Shown here piece after piece: positions 55,590 through 64,000 of a DNA stretch of 64,000 bases (position 1 is the stretch's first letter; the number at the start of each line of letters is the position of its first letter). The notes below the pieces were generated by a model. The model was not told where the DNA came from. It ran no database searches and was given only the letters and a program-made list of their open reading frames with translations. The stretch covers positions 124,001 through 188,000 of the IMG/VR virus record IMGVR_UViG_3300020473_000011; one strand, 5' to 3'. Made by a program: the position numbers and the translations under genes.

Positions 55590-56018
55590 CTAGTCCTCTA
55601 ATACTAACCATACGAGTTCGGCGCTGACCTCAATCGGCTCGTCGTACGGGTTGGCCACTTCAATGTAAAGCTTGCCACTTGGGAAGCGGTCTTTATTTGC
55701 TAGGGTAGGGTGGCGGTTGTTACCCCACACAGTCCCTAGCGTGTCAAAGACTGCCCCTTCATACGTTAAGTAATTGGGGTAAGCCAAAAACTCAAAGGGA
55801 TTCACATCTGAGAAATCACTCGTACCGAAGACCCTGATCAAACACGGTTCGCTAACAGCCAGCTTCAATAACGTGATAGACCTTCCCATCGACATGCTTA
55901 GTCGCTCGTACTGCTTAGGGTAGATAATCCCAGTAGAGAACCTGTCTTCACGTCGGTACGCTGCGCCACCGCCGCCGCTACCGCCTCGTGATATTTGAAA
56001 GTCATTTAATAACGCCAT
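55590..56018 (-). CDS. Putative structural protein
   Basis: 142-aa ORF in the baseplate block. Confidence 0.65.
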   Translation of the reverse strand: MALLNDFQISRGGSGGGGAAYRREDRFSTGIIYPKQYERLSMSMGRSITLLKLAVSEPCLIRVFGTSDFSDVNPFEFLAYPNYLTYEGAVFDTLGTVWGNNRHPTLANKDRFPSGKLYIEVANPYDEPIEVSAELVWLVLED

Positions 56019-56112
56019 TGGGCAATACCTGTTTTAAATGAGTTCTAAGATGAAAAAGGGAGGGGCAAGCAGTGCCCACCCATCCCATATATGTTCAGCG
56101 TGGGATGGCGTA

Positions 56113-59100
56113 TTAGTACGCCATCGCTCTTAGGTTAGCTACGACTGGACGGTGAAGCGCCGAGCCTGACAGTACAAGCATGATTCGAGTCTTGTCGTCA
56201 TTAAAGTCTGACGCTTTGTACTCGTACTCGTATAAGTCAGTGTCTAGCTGTGACTTCTCAGGGTTAATCATTTCAACCCATTGAGAACTACCGCTTGACT
56301 CGTCTTGGTAGTAAACCGAGACGGCTGCTTCGCCTTTCAGTTCTGCTTCAAACTTAACTGAAAGCGTACTTGGGTCGTCGCCTGCGCGGAAACTACGCGT
56401 ACAGTACACGGCTTTCCCTGCTTGCGATCCCAGCATCATTAGAAGCTCTGGCCACATCAGCGGCGTTAGATGCTTCGTACCTGTCAGCTTGGCTTTAACC
56501 GCGATAGAACCTGACACCTCTTCGTTAAGACGTAGTGGGGTGTTTTCGTTCATATCATAGTTACGACCATCCTCATCGGTGAACGTAATTGTGATGTTGC
56601 TGTCCTGTGACGGACGCATCGTACCACCTACTACCATGGCATCTGATAGCTTGTTCACGTTGAAGCTGCCTAGCGGGATCTCACGCTCAGTGTTCACGAA
56701 CTCAGCACGTAGTAAGCGGAACGTTAAGTCTGCTGACTGGTGCGGTGTCCACGTTGTCGCATTCGAAGACGAAAGCATTACACCGATTTGGTAAGCCTGC
56801 GCACTGATCACCTGACCGTCTTCTGATACACCACCTAGTTCAGCGATGGCCATTTCGTGGTCTGGGTCATCTGTAAGTACTACGAACGCATACTCAGTAC
56901 CTGCTTCAATGAATGTTGGGTCAAACGTAATACGCGTCCAACCGTGCTTAGCAGGGTTTGCGTATGACTCTGGCTTACCATCAATCACAGGGTCTTGAAT
57001 GTGGTGCGTATTCGTATCATAAAGCAGTAGGTCTTGCGGGTTAACGCGTACTTCTGCAATCGTCTTATCAGGAATACCTACTGATGTCGTACGTAATTGA
57101 ACAACGATTTGGTCGCTACCAATTGTCGTCATCTTAATGTCTACGCCTGACATGTAGTGGTCTTCTTTCAGCGTGAATGTCTGTGCTAGTGGATCCCAGC
57201 GCTGGAAGCCACCTGAGAACTTAGTTTGCCATTCTTCTGTCGTAACCGTACCTTTGCCTGTGAAGCTTGCTTGAGCCTCTGTGCCAAGCGTACCTTTCAC
57301 ATCAACTAGCTTACGGCCAGCTGTGAACGTGTTACCTTCAATTGAAATCTTACCTTTGATTACACCGTTGTTGTCAGCAACAACTGGGTTACCATCAACT
57401 TCAAGTACAGGCATTGTAACTTCGTCAAACGTTAAGCTTTGGATTTGCTCAGTCGGGCGGAAGCCTTCAATTGTGAACTCGATGTCCAGTGCACGAAGGA
57501 ACTCTAGTGCGCGCGTTGTCTCACCCACTTTAGCCGAACTTACGTTACCTTGGAATTTAAAGCCGTATACGCCGTGGTTCACAACTGTTGAGTTGATTGA
57601 GCCACCTGACTTCAAGTTCATCTTAGTTTCTGTCCAAACGTCAACCGCTGGCACCAGTGTCATTTTAGCTGGGATTGGCTTAAATGCCGCATAAGGGTTC
57701 ACCTTCATTGAGCCTGTCATTTCTGTTTGCTCAACTGGGTTACCAGCATCAATTAGTACCGTGTGCTCATATTCAAGCGTCCAAGGTTTTGTTTCCTTGG
57801 TTGGGTTCAAGCCGTTCGGGTTCATGTCGATAGGCAAGATAAGCTCTTCACGGGCAGGGTTGATTGTTGCACGAGCATCAATGTCACCATCTTGGCCAAT
57901 GATTAAGTTTTCCATACCTAAGTCACGCATGTCGTCGTCAAGCATTGGGTCTACGAATAAGCCATGCGTAGCACTTGGTGCATTACGAGAGGTGTCACTC
58001 TTTAAGCGCTCTAATGCGACTAAGTCATACAAGTCTGAGATACTGCGCTGCATCTTGTTCAGGTCTTGCATCTTAACAACTTTTACGCCGTCAAGTTTAA
58101 GCTCTGGGTCTTCCCACCACGTATGATAGATTTCAGCCAGTGATAATGCTTTGTTTGGTAGTGTTGGCGCTCTAGGTGGCGCAAAAGCACTCGCCATACC
58201 ACGCGCAAGCGTAAGCTGACCTTCTGGGTTTAAGTACAGACGGTCAATACGCGGCATACGCCAGCGGTAGTCAACAGAGATATATAGTTGGTCACCTGCA
58301 ATCTCGTCTACTTCTGCAAGCTCAACAGGTTGGCCATTCGGGCTATCAACAGGCACGATGTTAGCTGGAATGTCGAAACCTTTACGGTCACCCGTCGCTG
58401 TCACAAATGAGGTAATGTCCGTGTAGTAGATAAACTCCACGAAGAACGTACCACCCTTGCCAGGTCCCTCACTAAGCCAGTAAATAACAGACTCATTGGT
58501 GCCGCCGTTACCGTATTCCCAGTCAATACCTTTCTGGTATTCAGTGCCTGCGCCATTATGAACACGCGTGATAGCTTGAACCGACGTAACACCTACAGGG
58601 TTCTCATTGATGTCACCTAAGTCACCCACGTTACGACGTGATAGCTGGTGATTTGTCACCTTCGCAGGTGCAATAACTTCAATGATTTCCTCAACAGGTC
58701 CAAAATCAAGTGCCACCGTCATCGTGCTGTCAGCACGCGGTACAAAGCCCACAGGCTCAGCATTTGTCTGGTATGTTGTAGCTGCATTCATGTACTCACG
58801 ACGTAAGTCGTGCAGTAGGTCAATCTCACGGCCACCAACGTGTGCACGGCCTGATGAAATCGAGTAAGTCGTCGTGTCTTTGGTATCGTCCCACGTGAAG
58901 TTATCAAGACGTACATCTAAGCCGTTTACAGCATAGTTACCGTGTGCGTCTACATCATAGCGAACGATTGTACCGATAAGCTCTTGGGCTTCGTCAGACA
59001 GTAGTGCTTCTTCTTCAAGTACAGCACCTTCTGAGATCTTATACACCTCATAGAAAGTACCTTTCGCGTCAGGGTCATACGACGTGCCCCACTTAGCGAC

Positions 59101-59871
59101 TGCGTCAGGTGATGTTAGGTCTTGGTCACCACCAACCTCTGCACCTGAGTTATCTACCCATACACCGAAGCTGATCACACCCGATGCCGACCCCATTAGT
59201 TGTGGTGACTCAGGCACGTAGATAACAGCACCATTTACATACATGGCGGCAGCTTCTGCGCGGATAGTAATGTCACCACCGACAGGTGTTGACGTGTAAA
59301 GTGAACCGCCTGATAGTAACTGGCCGTTACGTAGTAACGCGTTACCTAGACCCTTAACCCATTGAGAAACTGCTTTAAGCAGCTTAGGGTGGGCATCAGC
59401 ATCCATATTATGCTCGTCGATGTCGACTGAGTCTTCGTACTGGAATACAAACAAGTCACTGATGTTAATGTTCGTTAGCGTCACGATTAGACGAAGCGAG
59501 ATCGAGCCATCGAAGTAGTACGTTAGTGCCTGTGACGGCTGACCTAGCGCAAGTAGGAACTCTTGCGGCACTTCTTCGCTAGACTCACCGAATAGGTAAA
59601 TCTCACCGATTTCTTTATCTTCATTTGTAGCGTTCGGCGGAATATTACAGATAAACTCAATTGAGTTATCTGATATTACCCGACGTGACGTGACAGGTGC
59701 TTCAAACCATAGGTTGCCCACTGAGTCAGTGTCACGGCTTGGTGATAGCGAACCTTTGTTTGTGGAAATCGCAAACTTAGTAGGGTAGATGTTCCAACCT
59801 TCTTTGTTCGCAGCATTGATGGTCTTACTCAGACCCTCATTTGTTATGACTCCAATTACGGCCATGCTCAT
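56113..59871 (-). CDS. Large baseplate/tail-associated protein, DUF4815-like
   Basis: GLFVDPMLDD, VNPYAAF, DPLAQTF, GVMLSSSNATTWTPHQSADLTFRL motifs. Confidence 0.85.
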   Translation of the reverse strand: MSMAVIGVITNEGLSKTINAANKEGWNIYPTKFAISTNKGSLSPSRDTDSVGNLWFEAPVTSRRVISDNSIEFICNIPPNATNEDKEIGEIYLFGESSEEVPQEFLLALGQPSQALTYYFDGSISLRLIVTLTNINISDLFVFQYEDSVDIDEHNMDADAHPKLLKAVSQWVKGLGNALLRNGQLLSGGSLYTSTPVGGDITIRAEAAAMYVNGAVIYVPESPQLMGSASGVISFGVWVDNSGAEVGGDQDLTSPDAVAKWGTSYDPDAKGTFYEVYKISEGAVLEEEALLSDEAQELIGTIVRYDVDAHGNYAVNGLDVRLDNFTWDDTKDTTTYSISSGRAHVGGREIDLLHDLRREYMNAATTYQTNAEPVGFVPRADSTMTVALDFGPVEEIIEVIAPAKVTNHQLSRRNVGDLGDINENPVGVTSVQAITRVHNGAGTEYQKGIDWEYGNGGTNESVIYWLSEGPGKGGTFFVEFIYYTDITSFVTATGDRKGFDIPANIVPVDSPNGQPVELAEVDEIAGDQLYISVDYRWRMPRIDRLYLNPEGQLTLARGMASAFAPPRAPTLPNKALSLAEIYHTWWEDPELKLDGVKVVKMQDLNKMQRSISDLYDLVALERLKSDTSRNAPSATHGLFVDPMLDDDMRDLGMENLIIGQDGDIDARATINPAREELILPIDMNPNGLNPTKETKPWTLEYEHTVLIDAGNPVEQTEMTGSMKVNPYAAFKPIPAKMTLVPAVDVWTETKMNLKSGGSINSTVVNHGVYGFKFQGNVSSAKVGETTRALEFLRALDIEFTIEGFRPTEQIQSLTFDEVTMPVLEVDGNPVVADNNGVIKGKISIEGNTFTAGRKLVDVKGTLGTEAQASFTGKGTVTTEEWQTKFSGGFQRWDPLAQTFTLKEDHYMSGVDIKMTTIGSDQIVVQLRTTSVGIPDKTIAEVRVNPQDLLLYDTNTHHIQDPVIDGKPESYANPAKHGWTRITFDPTFIEAGTEYAFVVLTDDPDHEMAIAELGGVSEDGQVISAQAYQIGVMLSSSNATTWTPHQSADLTFRLLRAEFVNTEREIPLGSFNVNKLSDAMVVGGTMRPSQDSNITITFTDEDGRNYDMNENTPLRLNEEVSGSIAVKAKLTGTKHLTPLMWPELLMMLGSQAGKAVYCTRSFRAGDDPSTLSVKFEAELKGEAAVSVYYQDESSGSSQWVEMINPEKSQLDTDLYEYEYKASDFNDDKTRIMLVLSGSALHRPVVANLRAMAY

Positions 59872-59968
59872 TCCTCTGCTATTTCAAGCGTTGCACTTGA
59901 GTTGTACAACGCATATCAATGTCTCAATACTTTATTAAGTATACAGTATCGTTCTAATCGTTGTACAA

Positions 59969-61183
59969 CTAGATGACCACTGTTCTTAATTTACGTACCC
60001 TTGGTAAATCACGTGCGGTGCCTTCAAGCTCCAACTTAACGCGGATGGTGTCACCCGATACGTCATCAAGCTTATAAGTACGTTCGATAAACCCGTCTTC
60101 TAGCGACACGCTGCCAGCCAGTGGCAACTCTTTCCACTCGCTGCCGATTGCATAGAATGCTTTGACCTTTGAGGTAATACCTGTACGAGACTCAAAGCTA
60201 ACGCGTACGTCAGCATTATCGCCTAATGGGATGTGCTTCGTTACGTAGTCGCCTGTCTCAACAACACCAGCACTTACAAGCGTTAAGCCCGTTAGAACCG
60301 TCGGTGATTTACTTGAAGTACCTGTCAGCTCTAATTTAGCCTCGGCTTTACCCGTGATCTTAGTAGGCAGTGATGTGATAGAGTCCTCTTTCAAGCGGTA
60401 CTGAGTACGGCCGTCAGGCATCATCAGTACGATAGCTGCGTCGGTCTCTTCATCAACACGGTCAGCGTTGAACTGCGCGTGGATAAGGTCAGCGTTATAC
60501 AAGTCGAAGGTACCTAATGAGTAACTACGCTTATTTGTGCTGTAAACAGCTTCGTGCAGGGTGAAACGCATATCAGTCTTCTGGTGTGGCGTCCATGTTG
60601 ACGCGTTAGAAGATGATAAGAGTGTCCCAATCTGGAAAGCTTGTGCCTTAATCCACTTGTCGTTACGTTGGTCGTACTCGCCAAGTGTCGCCACCTCTAC
60701 TTCCCAATGTGCGTCGTCGGCCATCAAGATGAAACAGTACTCAACACCGCGCTGTAAGCGGATAGGATCAAACGCAATACGTGTGTGCTTGTTGTTATCA
60801 ACGTTAGTAACTTCATCAAGTTCCACACGCTGACGTCTAAGGATCGTCTGCGTCGGTATACCGTTCTCACACGTACGGATGTCGAGGGTCATTGGCGTAT
60901 CGCCTTTCACCTTAACCCATACGTCAACAGCGGCTAGATCCACATCACGGTCAAACGTGAACGTTTGCGCTAGTGGGTCGTAACGCTGGTACGTTACCAG
61001 CGTGTTTGTCACGATGTTCTGCACCTCAGAGATCTGAGCGGTACCCTGACCCGTGAAAGAGGTTAGGGCAGTCGTGCCCATATCACCGTCTACACGTACT
61101 TCGTGTGTACCAGCCTTTTGATTAGCTGGGATTTTGAAGGAACCACGGATGGCTCCTTTTTCATCTGCAATAAATTCTGCCAT
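59969..61183 (-). CDS. C-terminal half of a second DUF4815-like protein
   Basis: DPLAQTF and GTLLSSSNASTWTPHQKTDMRF align with the C-terminus of 56113..59871. Confidence 0.85.
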   Translation of the reverse strand: MAEFIADEKGAIRGSFKIPANQKAGTHEVRVDGDMGTTALTSFTGQGTAQISEVQNIVTNTLVTYQRYDPLAQTFTFDRDVDLAAVDVWVKVKGDTPMTLDIRTCENGIPTQTILRRQRVELDEVTNVDNNKHTRIAFDPIRLQRGVEYCFILMADDAHWEVEVATLGEYDQRNDKWIKAQAFQIGTLLSSSNASTWTPHQKTDMRFTLHEAVYSTNKRSYSLGTFDLYNADLIHAQFNADRVDEETDAAIVLMMPDGRTQYRLKEDSITSLPTKITGKAEAKLELTGTSSKSPTVLTGLTLVSAGVVETGDYVTKHIPLGDNADVRVSFESRTGITSKVKAFYAIGSEWKELPLAGSVSLEDGFIERTYKLDDVSGDTIRVKLELEGTARDLPRVRKLRTVVI

Positions 61184-61205
61184 GTCTCAATTTACCTACT
61201 CAGTC

Positions 61206-64000
61206 TTAACCAATGTTGCCTTTGTTTGAGTGCGAAAGCACTTCAAATGAACATGGCTGGCTTAGTGCTGCAAAGCCCCATGAACACGGCTTCTTAAATA
61301 CCTTTAGCGCTGCGTGGTCGTCTAGGCTAAAGCTGAATGTACTAGCTGGCTCGATAGCACGCTCGCCCATCTTCGATGCTGAAACCTTGAAGGTATTGCC
61401 TTTACGCTCGATTTGAATAGTTGACCCGTCAGGGAATGTTGACCACACACCTTTCTTGTCAATTGATTCATGTCGGTTTTGGTTCTCAAAAAGATTAACC
61501 TGACCCGACTGACCCGCGTTGATGATTAGACGCCATGCGCTCTTACCTTCACGCGTAGCACGAAGTGCCATTAACGTATGTGTTTTACCGCTCACCGTAA
61601 GGCTCGCTAGAACAACACCTACCCAGTCATCGTCGCCATTTGTACCGCGTACGCGTACTGTCGCGTCGTAGTTATCAAATGTGTCTGGTGACGTTAAGGT
61701 GACGTATGTGCCGCTGTTTGCACCGTAATTAACACGGCCACCTTTAAGGCTCCATGGTGTTAGCTCATTAGGGCGTGCGCCACTTGAACTGTATGAGCCA
61801 CGTTGCCAGTCAGTCACAGCTTTGCTTGCACCGTCATAAAGAGGACGCGTATCTAGTTCACTATTACTACCCGCAAGTAGCGTTGTATCAAGTGGTGGTA
61901 AACCAAATGAGTCTAGCGACGGTGTCACATCGGTAGAACCGAACTTAATGCCTGAAACCTTTTCGTTTGGCTTAAAGCCTGCGATTTCGAAGCTAACACG
62001 TAGCTCACGTAAGTGTGGAAGCTCTTCTGTGCGCTCTACCAAGTTCTGTTTAGTGTTAGAACCTGTAAGACGCGTCAGTGTCGACGCACTTGTATTAAAC
62101 ATACGGCTAAACGTCGAAGAACGAACCCTTTCAGTACGCGTACGTGTTTGTGTGATCGTACGACGTAAGTTCTGCGATACCGTCCAGTTATCCAGCGCAG
62201 GCGATAACTTAATCGCTGGCGGGATTGGGTCGAACGCTGAGTACGGGTTCACTTTCATCGACGATGACGAAAGATTCTGCGATAGAACTGTACGTAGCGT
62301 GTAAGGCAGCATTGCTAGACCGTTAGGTGCATCGTTTTTACTGATGTCTTTCGTGTCCATCGTATGCACGTCAGAAGAAAGCGTAAGCTCGCCTGCTGCT
62401 GAGTTAACCATCGCTGTTTGAATAGCGCCACCATCACGTTGACTGTCGTCGACAAACGCATCGACAAAGATACCACGCTTCGTACGTGGGTCGTCGCCTG
62501 CTGCCATGCGAGCAATACGCTCTTCGGCCATCATATCGAATAAGTTCGTGATGTTCTGCTTCATAGCCGTCAGCTCATCAGCACGGATAGCAACTACGCC
62601 TGTGTTCTGCACAGCTGGGTTAATGCCCGATGTCCAGTGATGGCCAAGCTCAGCAATCGCGAGTGTGCCCGCTGGTGCTTTCGGAGCCGATAATGCGCGA
62701 GTGTCGCCTTTACCACGAATACGGTTAATCGCACCATTACGCTCAAGGACAATAAGGTCTTTACGCGGTAGTAGTGTTTCGTACTCAATGTGGAAGTTAG
62801 ACCCAACAATGGCACCCTCAAAGGTAAAGCCTGACTCAAGTACATCACTTTCTGGGATTGTGCGCTCAACGATGTGCTCACAGTCAATTGTGAATAGTGA
62901 CCCCGTTGGCGGCTCGGCACCTAGTGGTGACCAATCAATTAGGCTTCCCTTAATTAGGAAGTCTCGACCTTCTAAAAATGATGATGTACCGTAGCGAATG
63001 CTGTGTACCGTCAGTAAGTTTTCAACGATAAAGTCGCTAGTGCCTGACACTTGGCCACGCTCTATACCCAGCGTCGAACGCTTCGTATACGTCACCTTCA
63101 CAGGTTCGTGCGTTGCAATTGGCATATTATCAACGACAACACCCATCTGGCCTTTTTCATCTGGTTGGAACTGGTGAAGCTCTGCAACTACGCGCTCAGT
63201 ATCAGGGTCAAAGTTGTAAGTGCGCTCAACGATACGTGGCTGGTCTATCTCAGTACCATCAATGTGTGCTTTACCTTCACCGATCTGAACCACATAGTGG
63301 CTATCACCAGTCTCTGTAATGCGCACATCCATACCGTGTACGACGTAGCTACCGTTTGCATCGCGGTCATAACGCGCAACGCTCGTATGCACAGGCTCTT
63401 CTTTGATTGTCCCATCAGTTAGGGTCATCAAGAAGCCATCTTGGATAATGTGAACTTCATGATAGGCGTCGCCTGCTGCTGAGTAGCGTGTACCCCATGA
63501 CAGCGTCTCTTCGCCTTTCTCATCAACACCTGTCCAGATACCTAACGATACCGTGCCACTTAGCGGAATCGCGAAGCTTGCGGCTGGTACGCGTTTAAGG
63601 ATGCCCTTATGGTAGAACTTAGCGTCGTCCACTTGTGCTGTGCCACTTTTGCGGTCGATATAAACGGCACCGCCGCTTGATACTTGATTTTCCACAAGAA
63701 TAGCGTCACCCAGTGACTTGATCTGATCCGACAACGCACCGAATAGCTCTTGGTGAGCATCGCTGTTTTGGTTGTGGTCTTCAATGCTACGATGGCCTGC
63801 ATACTTAATTTCAAATACTTGTGAAGCCTGTACGTTCGCGAGTGTTACGTGCATACGCAACGTGATCGTACCGTCTTTAAAGTAAGTGATAGTGTCGGTT
63901 GGCTGGCCTACTGCAAGTAGAAATTCAGACTGGTCTTCTGAGTTCTCACCAAATAGGTAGATTTCATTGATGCGCTCGTCCGTCTCAATTACCTGTGGCG
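61206..64000 (-). CDS. N-terminal part of the second DUF4815-like protein with an appended lectin-like domain (starts beyond the window)
   Basis: The frame stays open beyond 63860 (INEIYLFGE...EFLLAVGQP, matching 56113..59871); RYDRDANGSY, GIFVDAFVDD, VNPYSAF; C-terminal DDDWVGVV domain. Confidence 0.85.
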   Translation of the reverse strand, partial: PQVIETDERINEIYLFGENSEDQSEFLLAVGQPTDTITYFKDGTITLRMHVTLANVQASQVFEIKYAGHRSIEDHNQNSDAHQELFGALSDQIKSLGDAILVENQVSSGGAVYIDRKSGTAQVDDAKFYHKGILKRVPAASFAIPLSGTVSLGIWTGVDEKGEETLSWGTRYSAAGDAYHEVHIIQDGFLMTLTDGTIKEEPVHTSVARYDRDANGSYVVHGMDVRITETGDSHYVVQIGEGKAHIDGTEIDQPRIVERTYNFDPDTERVVAELHQFQPDEKGQMGVVVDNMPIATHEPVKVTYTKRSTLGIERGQVSGTSDFIVENLLTVHSIRYGTSSFLEGRDFLIKGSLIDWSPLGAEPPTGSLFTIDCEHIVERTIPESDVLESGFTFEGAIVGSNFHIEYETLLPRKDLIVLERNGAINRIRGKGDTRALSAPKAPAGTLAIAELGHHWTSGINPAVQNTGVVAIRADELTAMKQNITNLFDMMAEERIARMAAGDDPRTKRGIFVDAFVDDSQRDGGAIQTAMVNSAAGELTLSSDVHTMDTKDISKNDAPNGLAMLPYTLRTVLSQNLSSSSMKVNPYSAFDPIPPAIKLSPALDNWTVSQNLRRTITQTRTRTERVRSSTFSRMFNTSASTLTRLTGSNTKQNLVERTEELPHLRELRVSFEIAGFKPNEKVSGIKFGSTDVTPSLDSFGLPPLDTTLLAGSNSELDTRPLYDGASKAVTDWQRGSYSSSGARPNELTPWSLKGGRVNYGANSGTYVTLTSPDTFDNYDATVRVRGTNGDDDWVGVVLASLTVSGKTHTLMALRATREGKSAWRLIINAGQSGQVNLFENQNRHESIDKKGVWSTFPDGSTIQIERKGNTFKVSASKMGERAIEPASTFSFSLDDHAALKVFKKPCSWGFAALSQPCSFEVLSHSNKGNIG

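Noticed and set aside
42824-63422. Many + strand ORFs inside the structural block
   Set aside because: Antisense shadows of long minus-strand genes with biased codon use.
1-64000. tRNA/rRNA genes, transposases, integrase, reverse transcriptase/DGR
   Set aside because: No cloverleaf/T-loop pattern or catalytic motifs recognised by eye; a tRNAscan/HMM run is needed to exclude them fully.

Overview
This is a 64-kb segment of a large tailed-phage genome (myovirus-like, probably from a marine gammaproteobacterial host) with strong signs of plasmid-like maintenance, i.e. a likely phage-plasmid or temperate jumbo phage. 1-6 kb: HigBA-like and HipA/HipB-like toxin-antitoxin loci with visible operators, followed by a candidate origin with two DnaA boxes and iteron-like repeats. 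6-24.7 kb (+ strand) and 26.7-41 kb (mostly - strand): dense small accessory genes, including a Thg1-like guanylyltransferase, macrodomain, GNAT, orphan HigA-like HTHs, paralogous lipoproteins, C5 DNA methyltransferase, PAS-GGDEF diguanylate cyclase, 2OG-Fe(II) oxygenase and a dNMP kinase-like protein. These two blocks converge on a ~2-kb non-coding region rich in palindromic and polar repeats. 41-64 kb (- strand): virion genes (fibre-like proteins, gp53-like baseplate wedge, duplicated DUF4815-like proteins). Signals not in the ORF track: (i) a probable type I TA-like locus at 11.9-13.2 kb, with two membrane/Cys-His peptides and two tandem sRNAs, one carrying 19-nt perfect complementarity to a peptide mRNA leader; (ii) an sRNA at 23.8 kb whose loop is complementary to an ACCGATAA motif next to several start codons; (iii) a TTGTACAA promoter/operator palindrome with about 35 copies; (iv) apparent CCGG/CCWGG avoidance. 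All calls come from manual motif recognition; no searches were run and counts are by eye.
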